Assembly (NCBI GenBank): GCA_948468595.1
Contig: CAOKIU010000005.1
Span: 1,730 to 65,729, forward strand
Length of the DNA: 64,000 bases
Source: an uncultured Christensenella sp.
Lineage (GTDB): Bacteria > Bacillota > Clostridia > Christensenellales > UBA1750
Direction: 5' to 3'
A program made the position numbers and the translations under genes. Below the pieces are notes generated by a model. That model was not told the origin of the DNA and did not search any database. It worked only from the letters and a program-made list of their open reading frames with translations. Positions 20,253 through 28,455 of this stretch are shown here, piece by piece; within the stretch, counting starts at the first letter, position 1, and each line of letters opens with the position of its first letter.

Positions 20253-20897
20253 TTAGGTAAGGTCCTTTTGCTCCTCCACCTTTAAGTGGTAGGAAAGCAG
20301 CGCCAGGGAGCTTGCCATGTTCTCCCGCTGGACCAGCACGCCCTTGGGGGCTGTCAAGTGCACGGGGGCAAAGTTCCACACCGCCTTGACGCCGCCTTGA
20401 ATCAGCGCGTTTAGGCAGGTCTGCGCCGCGCTGCCCGGCACCGCCAGTATGCCGATGCTCACGCGCTCCCGCCGCAGAAAGGCGGGCAGCTCCTCAATGG
20501 ATAGGACGGGCTTGCCGTCCACCGTCGTGCCCACCAGGGCGCTCTTTTTGTCAAACGCCGCCACGATGTCCAGTCCGTAGTCCGCAAACCCCCCGTAGGA
20601 AAGCAGCGCCAGGCCCAGGTTCCCCACCCCCACCAGCACCGCGCGGTTGCGCGTGCCGCAGCCCAGAAACGCCTCAAGGTCCCGCCGCAGCTCGTCGATG
20701 CGGTAGCCCACCTTGGGCTTGCCCGCCACGCTCACAGCCGCAAGGTCCTTGCGTACCTGCACCTCTCCCAGCCCCAGGGCCGAGGCAATGGACGAGGCCG
20801 AAACCGTGCCCCCGCCGTCGTTGGGTAGGGATTGCAGATAGGCCAGGTAGGTCGGCAGCCGCTGAAGGGTGAGCTTGGAAATACCGCCCTGCTCCAT
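20253..20897 (-). CDS. rex: redox-sensing repressor Rex
   Basis: Start MEQGGISKLTLQRLPTYLAYL at 20897. Rossmann motif VLVGVGNLG and NFAP. Confidence 0.9.
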   Translation of the reverse strand: MEQGGISKLTLQRLPTYLAYLQSLPNDGGGTVSASSIASALGLGEVQVRKDLAAVSVAGKPKVGYRIDELRRDLEAFLGCGTRNRAVLVGVGNLGLALLSYGGFADYGLDIVAAFDKKSALVGTTVDGKPVLSIEELPAFLRRERVSIGILAVPGSAAQTCLNALIQGGVKAVWNFAPVHLTAPKGVLVQRENMASSLALLSYHLKVEEQKDLT

Positions 20898-20944
20898 TTC
20901 GCCTTGCCCTCCTCTCCCGGTGATCTTTGCGCCTCCGCCCTTCA

Positions 20945-20964
20945 ATCGATAAATTTTTATCGAT
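20945..20964. promoter_or_regulatory. perfect 20-bp palindrome ATCGATAAATTTTTATCGAT upstream of rex
   Basis: 9-bp arms ATCGATAAA/TTTATCGAT, 48 nt upstream of the rex start. It does not match the Rex box consensus. Confidence 0.4.
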
Positions 20965-21247
20965 AATGGGCAAAGAAAATGACTCCTCGCGCTTCGCTTT
21001 TGGGGAACGGCCTCCCCCTTGAGGAGAACCGCGCGGGCGTCGCCGCTTAAGTCTGTTAATAATATATCACAATCCAATCCCGATGAAAAGTATTTTACAT
21101 AAAAAACGACAAGATTTTTCATAAAAAACCGCCTTATTTCCGACATTTTTGCTTGGAATTCCGCGTCATGCCCCAAAAAGCGCGAAGGGCCGCGCGGATT
21201 CGTCGGTCTTTATGCGCGCCCAATGAGGGCGGGGCAACAAATATGCA

Positions 21248-21276
21248 TTGCGGAAGGCAGGCAAATCATCTATAAT
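21248..21276 (+). promoter_or_regulatory. sigma-70-like promoter TTGCGG-17 nt-TATAAT
   Basis: Hexamers at 21248-21253 and 21271-21276. This implies a leader of about 185 nt before the peptidase gene. Confidence 0.5.
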
Positions 21277-21469
21277 CAAAATATAATTAGAAAGGACGCC
21301 GAACCGCCCAGGCGCTTGGATTTCAAACGGGGCGCGAGCGGCGTAAAAGGCTATCGGCGCGACGGTTGATTTCGACGTATATTTTTGAAGAAATGAGCGC
21401 GCAACCAGTCGTTCTAGGCAACAATAGGAACACTTTTCTCAAAAGAAAGACAAAAGGAGGATGAGCCGC

Positions 21470-22546
21470 ATGAGCAGGCTTACAAAACTCGCCCGGCTGA
21501 CCAAGGAATTGGGATTGGACGCGATGCTGCTGACCCATGAGGAAAACATGCATTACGCAACCCTGTTCCCCCATCTGGAGGGCATGGTGCTGGTCATGCG
21601 GGATGGGGAGGGCGTGTGCTTTACCGATTCCCGCTACATTGAAAACGCAACGCAGGTCATGGCGCCGCAGGGTTACGCGGTGGTGGAGCCGGAGGGCTCC
21701 TACCCGACGGTGGAGACCATACGGGACTTTGTCGCCTCGCGCGGCATCCGCGCGCTGGGTTTTGAGGATATCACCATGCCGGTTAGCGTTTTCGAGAGCT
21801 ACCGCGCGGCGCTGCCCTGCGAGCTGATCCCGCTGGGCGACGCGGTCCTTAAGATGCGCCAATCCAAGGAGGAGGAGGAGATCGCCTGCCTGGTCAAGGC
21901 GCAGCGCATCGCCGAGGAGGCGCTGCAACAGCTCCTGCCGGAGATCCGCGTGGGCGCCTATGAGGACGAGCTGGCGGCAAAGCTGGTGTACCTGATGAAC
22001 CTTGGCGGGTCCCAGGCCTCGGTGATGCCCATCTTTGTCTCGGGCGCCAAGACCTCCATGCCGCACGGCCGGCCGTCGCACAAGGCCATTGAGGAGGGAG
22101 ACTTTGTCACCATCGACATGGGCGCGATTGTGGATGGCTACATGTCGGACATGACGCGCACCTTTGCCGTGGGCAGCGCGAGCGAGGAAATGCGCAAGGT
22201 CTATTCCATCGTTCTTGCCGCGCAGCAAGCGGGCATCGACGCCTTTGCCGAGGGCATGCGCGGCTGCGACGTGGATAAGGCCGCCCGCGACGTGATCGAG
22301 GGCGCGGGCTACGGCGCGCACTTTGGCCACGGCCTGGGCCACAGCCTGGGACTCAACATCCATGAGGACCCCCGCGCCAGCCGCACCTACACCGGCGTCT
22401 TCCCCGCCCGCTCCATCGTCACCATTGAGCCGGGCATCTACCTGCCGGGCCGCTTCGGCGTGCGCATCGAGGACATGGTGTGGCTCTCCCCCCAGGGCAA
22501 GCAGAACCTCACCGCCTTCCCCAAGGAGCTGATGATCCTGCCCTAG
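21470..22546 (+). CDS. M24B Xaa-Pro dipeptidase/aminopeptidase (creatinase-N plus M24)
   Basis: The second ATG (21470) sits 9 nt after AAGGAGG. Metal-ligand context DMGAIVDGYMSDMTRT, HGLGHSLGLNIHE and IEPGIY. Confidence 0.9.
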   Translation: MSRLTKLARLTKELGLDAMLLTHEENMHYATLFPHLEGMVLVMRDGEGVCFTDSRYIENATQVMAPQGYAVVEPEGSYPTVETIRDFVASRGIRALGFEDITMPVSVFESYRAALPCELIPLGDAVLKMRQSKEEEEIACLVKAQRIAEEALQQLLPEIRVGAYEDELAAKLVYLMNLGGSQASVMPIFVSGAKTSMPHGRPSHKAIEEGDFVTIDMGAIVDGYMSDMTRTFAVGSASEEMRKVYSIVLAAQQAGIDAFAEGMRGCDVDKAARDVIEGAGYGAHFGHGLGHSLGLNIHEDPRASRTYTGVFPARSIVTIEPGIYLPGRFGVRIEDMVWLSPQGKQNLTAFPKELMILP

Positions 22547-22558
22547 CGCCTGGTCCAT

Positions 22559-22602
22559 GCGCAGAACGCCCCGCCTCCCTAAGGAGGCGGGGCGTTCTGC
22601 GC
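22559..22602 (+). terminator. 20-bp-stem hairpin after the peptidase gene (no U-tract)
   Basis: GCGCAGAACGCCCCGCCTCC-CTAA-GGAGGCGGGGCGTTCTGCGC. Confidence 0.55.
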
Positions 22603-22609
22603 GCTGGGA

Positions 22610-24390
22610 TGCGGTCGCACATAGGCTGCGCGGCGGCTTCTTGCCATCGATTGCGGCTCGCGCGTTCCCTGTGTTTCCCTTCCCTGTGAAGGTCCGCAAG
22701 CGCATGGCTTGGGCGGTGAGCGCCCGCACCGTGGCTTCCCACCATCGGTTGCGGCCCGCATAGCCTCCATCTCCCCGTAGCGTCCCGAGCGTACATGGCC
22801 TGCATCGCGGTCGCACGATCGCCGGACTTCCGCTCGCCAGCATCCCATGAGGGGCCGAGAGCGCATGGATTCTTTGCGGCGGTCACACACGGGCTCCCCA
22901 CCGGTTGCGGCCCGCGCTGCCGCCGCTCTCTGTGGCGTTCCATCCGTACATGCCCTGGGTGGCGGTCGCACGCTCGCCGGACTTCCTCTCGCCAGCATCC
23001 CATGAGGAGCCGAGAGCGCATGGATTCTTTGCGGCGGTCACCTACGGGCTCCCCACTGGCTGCGGCCCACGCAGCCGCTGCGCTCCACCCCGCGAGGGTC
23101 CGCAAACGCATGGCCCGGGTGACGGCTGCCCACGCTGCGGCTTCCTTCCACCAGTCGCGGCCCGCGCAGCCGCCGCTCTCCGTGGCTTTCCATCCGTACA
23201 TGCCCTGGGTGGCGATCGCCCGCACTGCGACTTCCTTCCGCTAGTCGCGGTCGTCCGGTCGCCGGACTTCCTCTCGCCAGCACCCGCGAGAAGCCGGGAG
23301 TGCATGGATTCGCGGCGGTCACCCACGGGCTTCCCACTGGCTGCGGTCCGCGTAGCCTCCACGCTCCACCCGCGAGGGGCCGCAAGCGCATAGCCCGGGT
23401 GACGGCTACCCGCGCTGCGGCTTCCTTTCACCGGTTGCGGCCCGCGCTGCCGCCGCTCCCCCCTGGCGTTCCATCCGTACATGCCCTGGGTGGTGGTCGC
23501 CCGCGCTGCGGCTTCCTTCCGCTAGTCGCGGTCGCACGCTCGCCGGACTTCCGCTCGCTAGCATCCCATGAGGAGCCGAGAGCGCATGGATTCTTTGCGG
23601 CGGTCACCTACGGGCTCCCCACTGGCTGCGGCTCACGCAGCCGCCGCGCTCCGCCCCGCGAGGGTCCGCAAGCGCATGGCCCGGGTGACGGCTGCACGCG
23701 CTGCGGCTTCCTTCCACCGGTTGCGGCCCGCGCTGCCGCCGCTCCCCCCTGGCGTTCCATCCGTACATGCCCTGGGTGGTGGTCGCCCGCGCTGCGGCTT
23801 CCTTCCGCTAGTCGTGGTCTCCCGCTCACCGGGCTTCCTCTCGCCAGCACCCGCGAGGAGCTGGGAGCGCATGGATTCTTCGCGGCGGTCACCCACGGGC
23901 TGCGGCCCGCGCAGCCGCCGCGCTGCGGCTTCCTTCCACCAGTCGCGGCCCGCGCAGCCGCCGCGCTCTGTGGCGTTCCATCCGTACATGCCCTGGCCGG
24001 CGGTCGCCCGCGCTGCGGCTTCCTTCCGCTAGTCGCGGTCTCCCGCTCGCCGGACTTCCTCTCGCCAGCACCCCGAGGAGCTGGGAGCGCATGGATTCTT
24101 CGCAGCGGTCACACACGGGCTTCCCACTGGCTGCGGTCCGCGTAGCCTCCACGCTCCACCCCGCGAGGGGCCGCAAGCGCATGGCCCGGGTAACGGCTGC
24201 TCGCGCTGCGGCTTCCTTCCACCAGTTGCGGCCCGCGCAGCCGCCGCTCTCCGTGGCGTTCCATCCGTGCATGCCCTGGGTGGTGGTCATCCGCTCGCCT
24301 TACTTCCCTCCCGCCAGCACCCTACGAAGGGCCGCGAGTGGCTTGGGCCACGGCTTCCCGCCAACCGCTAGGTTCTCCCTCCCCGCAAGA
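22610..24390. repeat. GC-rich higher-order tandem repeat array 3 (about 1.75 kb; 282-287-bp higher-order period)
   Basis: Anchor gcatgg at 22702, 22863, 23018, 23108, 23302, 23584, 23673, 23869, 24089 and 24179. Subunits of about 70-90 bp share gcggcttcc...gcggcccgc cores. Confidence 0.9.
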
Positions 24391-24553
24391 CCTGGGCGCG
24401 CCTCGATGTGTCGCGCCGCCACTGCGGCCAACCGCCGCCTTTTCGGGAATGAGGTCCCCCAGCATAAGTCCTGAAGCAAACGGCGTACTTTTGCAGACTT
24501 GACGGAAGCTGCACGCATCGGCTCCTTCTACAAGGAGGAAGGCGCCAACGCCC

Positions 24554-25318
24554 TCAGATGATTGCGACCAGGTTCTTGCATAGCATGACCAAATCGTAGC
24601 GGATTCCCTCGCGGCTATTCCAGCGCCTTCCAGACCATTCCTCTCCCGAGAGGTCATCCCCGCCATAGATCAATGCGCCATAGGCAAAGTTTCTGAATTG
24701 CGCCACGGCAAGGCAGCCCGCTTGTTCCATCTCCACGATCTTCGCGCCTTCCGCTTTCCGCTTGTTGATCCGGTCGGTTGTCTCCCGAAAGATGGCGTCC
24801 GTTGTCCACGTCAACCCGCGAAGATAGGGAATCTTGCGCTGCTCCAGATGGGCTCTGATTTTGCCGGCAACCTCCGAATCGGCGTAAACCACTCTTGACG
24901 GCGCCAGGTATTGATATGAAAAGCCCTCGTCCCGAATGGCGCCGTCTACCACGAGAATCTGCCCAACCTCGATGCTGCGATCCAGAACACCGCCCCCGCC
25001 GCAGAACATGACCTTTTCAATCCCCATTGCGTGAAATTCGTCCAGGCCCCCCGCGCAAGCAGGGCAGCCAACCCGTCCAAGCGTCAACAACACGTCGGGC
25101 TGCTCCGCAAAGCGATAAACCATCAGGGGGTTTTCACCGGGCATCAGCCGCTCCTGAACGATCTGTCCCCTCTTTGCCAGCCGGTCTACGACCTCCGGAA
25201 AGAAGGTTATCACCATCTTGTCCGTCTCAAACTTCTCATGCGTGAAATTTTCCGGGTTTAATCTTGCTTCCGGATTGTCGTCAAATTCCAGTACAGGAAA
25301 CTCACTGTTGTGATACAT
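24554..25318 (-). CDS. PNP/UDP-family nucleoside phosphorylase-like protein
   Basis: Start MYHNSEFPVLEF at 25318 follows AAGGAG. Motifs GRVGCPACAGGLDEF and VEMEQAG. Confidence 0.75.
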   Translation of the reverse strand: MYHNSEFPVLEFDDNPEARLNPENFTHEKFETDKMVITFFPEVVDRLAKRGQIVQERLMPGENPLMVYRFAEQPDVLLTLGRVGCPACAGGLDEFHAMGIEKVMFCGGGGVLDRSIEVGQILVVDGAIRDEGFSYQYLAPSRVVYADSEVAGKIRAHLEQRKIPYLRGLTWTTDAIFRETTDRINKRKAEGAKIVEMEQAGCLAVAQFRNFAYGALIYGGDDLSGEEWSGRRWNSREGIRYDLVMLCKNLVAII

Positions 25319-25367
25319 AATGCACTCCTTCCCAAACCCCGATTCTATGCTCGAGGATAAAAGACAT

Positions 25368-25400
25368 GCCTGCCGCCCGCAATGCATGAGGGCGGCAGGC
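25368..25400 (-). terminator. 11-bp-stem hairpin 50 nt upstream of the phosphorylase start (terminator or attenuator)
   Basis: GCCTGCCGCCC/GGGCGGCAGGC, followed on the minus strand by ATGTCTTTTATCC. Confidence 0.45.
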
Positions 25401-25671
25401 CCTAAGCGTCTTGGATGCGCGGCAGGCAAACGCCTGGATCGCGCAACAGCCTCCCCAGCGCAGGTCTGTTGCCAACTGGGTTCATCCCTTAAGCGCTGCG
25501 CCGCCATCGCGGGCAGCCGCCCCACCTCTTGCGTAGGCGGGGCGGTGTCCCCGCGCTGTTCACCAGCCGGCCCCATGGCGGGACCCCCGCGAATCATCGC
25601 GGCGTTCACGCAGCGCGGCGGGGCGCGGAATATCCGCCGCCGTGCATGGCCTCAGCGCCAAGCGCCCGGCC

Positions 25672-26226
25672 CTACGCCTGCGCCGCCGTGCCGCCCAGGG
25701 GCTTGACCATGGCCACCAGGTCGTCATAGTCGCCGTCCGCGTATTTGAGCGCCCGGGGCATCCTGCCAGTGACCTCAAACCCGAACTTGGTGTAAAGGCG
25801 CAGGCCGGGCTCGTTTTTCGCCGCCACCTCCAGCTCCAGCTGTTCGATGCCCTTGCTGCGGCACCAGTCAATCGCCGCCTGCATGAACCGGCTGCCGATG
25901 CCCAGGGAGCAGTGCGCCTGTTCCACCGAGAGCGCGATGGTGGCGCGGTGGCGGAAGCGCTTCTGCCGCCCAACCCGGCCCACCGAGCAGTTGCCCACGA
26001 TGCGCCCGCCCACCTCGGCGGTGAACCACGCGCCGTCCTCGTCGGCCAGCACGCCCTCGATGAAGGCGCGCTCCTTTTCAACGGTGACGTTGAACTCCCC
26101 CGGCCCGCGCGCGAGGAAGCGCGTCTCAGCGTTCACCCGCTGCATCAGCTCGATCAAGCCCTCGGCGTCCTCCAACCGCGGCGGCCGGATCGTGACAAGT
26201 TCCCCGTTTTTGAGTTTGTCCTGCAT
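25672..26226 (-). CDS. GNAT-family N-acetyltransferase (RimJ/RimL-like)
   Basis: Start MQDKLKNGELVTIRP follows AGGAGG. Acetyl-CoA region SLGIGSRFMQAAIDW. Confidence 0.85.
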   Translation of the reverse strand: MQDKLKNGELVTIRPPRLEDAEGLIELMQRVNAETRFLARGPGEFNVTVEKERAFIEGVLADEDGAWFTAEVGGRIVGNCSVGRVGRQKRFRHRATIALSVEQAHCSLGIGSRFMQAAIDWCRSKGIEQLELEVAAKNEPGLRLYTKFGFEVTGRMPRALKYADGDYDDLVAMVKPLGGTAAQA

Positions 26227-26261
26227 GCTGTCTCCTCCTATCGCGTATTGAGATTCTCCAA

Positions 26262-26566
26262 AAGGCAAAAGCCGCCGCCCTCGTCTGAACGATCAAGGGC
26301 GGCGGCCATAGAGCCGTGCGCGGTACCACCTTGCATTGCGCCCGCCTCGCGGCGCGCGCCTCATTCCGGTACGGAGCCTCGCTTTTAGCAGACTCGATAC
26401 CTTCGCGCTTTAACGGGCGCTCCCGGCGCGGCCTCCGCTCTGCGGCATCGGCGCGCGGCTCCGAGGTGATTTTCCCCAACCTCGCCCTGTCCCCGCTTCC
26501 ACCTTGCCGGGGTCTCTTGTACAGGACCTAAAGGAGGGTACTCTCCTCATCCTTGCCTTTGGATTT
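26262..26566 (-). promoter_or_regulatory. T-box riboswitch leader, specifier probably AUC (Ile)
   Basis: The minus strand has a GA/K-turn GATGAGGAGAGTA, an AGAGA bulge, an apical loop GCAAGGTGGAAG, and the T-box AAGGTGGTACCGCG (26330-26319). The terminator GCCGCCGCCCT...AGGGCGGCGGC+TTTT lies at 26306-26267. Confidence 0.8.
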
Positions 26567-26571
26567 AGGGC

Positions 26572-26600
26572 AGTATAGCACAGTACCTCACGTCTGTCAA
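26572..26600 (-). promoter_or_regulatory. near-consensus promoter TTGACA-17 nt-TATACT driving the T-box leader
   Basis: Minus-strand TTGACA at 26600-26595 and TATACT at 26577-26572. Confidence 0.7.
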
Positions 26601-26601
26601 G

Positions 26602-26650
26602 AAAAAAAGAGCGCCCGCCCCTCCCCTTTTTTTGGGGGAAGGGGCGGGCG
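26602..26650 (-). terminator. rho-independent terminator after oppA
   Basis: 16-bp GC stem at 26611-26650, followed by TCTTTTTTTC on the minus strand. Confidence 0.85.
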
Positions 26651-26670
26651 CCCGCAGCGCCACGCCGGTT

Positions 26671-28383
26671 TTACTTGGCGATGTAAACGTGCTTGTAGTC
26701 CACGCGCAGGCCCGTGCCGTTGCGGATGATGCCCTTGACCTTGTCCTTGGCAACCCAGGAACGGGTCTGGAAGAAGGTGGGCGCGATCACGCCGTCGGTC
26801 TCCACGAGGATCTTCTCCGCCTCTTCCATCTTCTTGAGGCGCTCGTCGCCGTGCAGGGTGTTGGCCTCGGCAAGGAGCTTGTCAAATTCGGGGTTGGAGT
26901 AGTACACATCGTTGTAGGGGCTGTCGGTGATGAACAGCTCCAGGAAGCTCATCGCGTCGTTGTAGTCGGCGCCCCAGCCTTCCTTGCCGATGGTGTATTC
27001 CTTGCCCTGGTACTCCGCCTGGCGCAGGGAGTACTGCAAGGACTTGATCTCCACGTCCACGCCCAGGTTGTTCTTCCAGTACTCCTGGAACACCTGGGAG
27101 GTCTTCAGGTTGTCGTCGCCCTGACCAATGACCAGGGACAGGCCCTGATTGAGGTCCTCACGGGTCTTGCCAATCTCGGCAAGGCCCTCGTCCAGCAGGG
27201 CGTTGGCCTCCTCGACGGTGGCGCCGTTGCCCAGGTCCTTATACAGGTCGCCGTTGTTGTCGCGGAAGTCCTTCGCGCCCGAGCCCTGGATGGACGGGGG
27301 AATGAAGCCGTAGGCCGGGGAGGAACCAGTGCGCATGAAGTCGTTCATGTAGGACACGCGGTCCAGCGCCATGGAGAACGCCTTGCGGATCTTGGCGTTG
27401 GCGAAGAACTCGTTCTGGCAGTTGAACTTGACGTACTCGGTCACCGGCTCGGTCACGGAGATAAAGCCCGCCTCGCCGCGGTAGGTATCCAGGAAGTCCG
27501 CGCCGACCTTCATGACGTCGATCTGGTCGGTGTTGTACATGTTGACGATGGTGTTGGTCTCGGTGACCATCTCAAAGATGATCTTGTCCAGCTTCACGCT
27601 GTCCGCATCCCAGTAGTTGGGGTTCTTCTCCACCGTGATGTGCTGAGAGGGCACCCACTCGGTCATCACGAACGGACCGCAGAACACCATGTGCTCCACA
27701 TCCATGAAGAACTGATCGCCGCACTCCTCGATGTAGCCCTCGGGCACAACGGAGAACTGCGGAATGACCAGGGTGCCGACAAAGTAATCGATGGGGTTGA
27801 CGAGCTTGACTTCGAGCGTCTTGTCGTCCACAGCGTGAATGGCCACGCCGTCCACAGTGCCCTCGCCCACGTTGTAGGCCTGCGCGCCCTCGATGGTGTA
27901 GAGCATGTAGGCGTATTCGGAGGCGGTCTCCGGGGCCAGAGCCTTTTTCCAGGTGTACTCAAAGTCCTGTGCGCGGATGGGGTCGCCGTTGCTGAACTTG
28001 GCGTCGCGCAGGTGGAAGGTGTAGGTCAGACCATCCTCGGAAACGTCCCAGCTCTCGGCCAGGCCGCTGCCCATCTCGATGGTGCCGTTCTCGCCCTGGC
28101 GCACCAGGCTGTCCAGCACGGTCATCATCATCTCGGAGCCTTCGGTGGTGGTCTCGGTCAGGGGGTTGAGGTCCGTCAGGTCCACGGCGATGGACACGCG
28201 CAGGGTCTGATCCTCTGCCATGCCGTCATCGTCGGCCGGGGCCGCGGGATCGTCCGTGGCGGGATCGCCGGAGGCCGTGGGGGCCTGGGTGGGGTCCGCC
28301 ACGGGATCGGTGGGCTGGCCCGCACAGGCGGACATCATTACCGCCATCACCAGCGCCAGCATGAGGGCTAGAAACTTCTTCAT
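26671..28383 (-). CDS. oppA: peptide ABC transporter substrate-binding lipoprotein (family 5)
   Basis: Lipobox MKKFLALMLALVMAVMMSAC, an Ala/Pro/Asp linker, then an SBP_bac_5-like body. Confidence 0.9.
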   Translation of the reverse strand: MKKFLALMLALVMAVMMSACAGQPTDPVADPTQAPTASGDPATDDPAAPADDDGMAEDQTLRVSIAVDLTDLNPLTETTTEGSEMMMTVLDSLVRQGENGTIEMGSGLAESWDVSEDGLTYTFHLRDAKFSNGDPIRAQDFEYTWKKALAPETASEYAYMLYTIEGAQAYNVGEGTVDGVAIHAVDDKTLEVKLVNPIDYFVGTLVIPQFSVVPEGYIEECGDQFFMDVEHMVFCGPFVMTEWVPSQHITVEKNPNYWDADSVKLDKIIFEMVTETNTIVNMYNTDQIDVMKVGADFLDTYRGEAGFISVTEPVTEYVKFNCQNEFFANAKIRKAFSMALDRVSYMNDFMRTGSSPAYGFIPPSIQGSGAKDFRDNNGDLYKDLGNGATVEEANALLDEGLAEIGKTREDLNQGLSLVIGQGDDNLKTSQVFQEYWKNNLGVDVEIKSLQYSLRQAEYQGKEYTIGKEGWGADYNDAMSFLELFITDSPYNDVYYSNPEFDKLLAEANTLHGDERLKKMEEAEKILVETDGVIAPTFFQTRSWVAKDKVKGIIRNGTGLRVDYKHVYIAK

Positions 28384-28455
28384 GGGGTCTCATCCTTTCC
28401 AATGGTTAAATGGGGATTTATGGTCAACCGCGGGTCGCCCCGCGGAGGGCCTTTG

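Noticed and set aside
21053-21073. Candidate Rex operator TTGTGATATATTATTAACA (minus strand) upstream of rex.
   Set aside because: The half-sites resemble TTGTGA/TTAACA, but the spacing is about 2 nt longer than the 18-bp TTGTGAA-N4-TTCACAA or TTGTTAA-N4-TTAACAA consensus, and the palindrome is weak. I am not confident enough to annotate it.
21283-21469. The roughly 185-nt leader upstream of the prolidase gene as a possible riboswitch.
   Set aside because: I found no recognisable conserved motif, terminator or antiterminator pair. It is probably just a long 5' UTR, or my promoter call is wrong.
22610-24390. Whether the three arrays (also 1535-2500 and 4283-5010) could be CRISPR arrays.
   Set aside because: There is no short (28-37 bp) invariant repeat alternating with unique spacers; the whole unit is repeated. 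No cas genes or leader are in the window.
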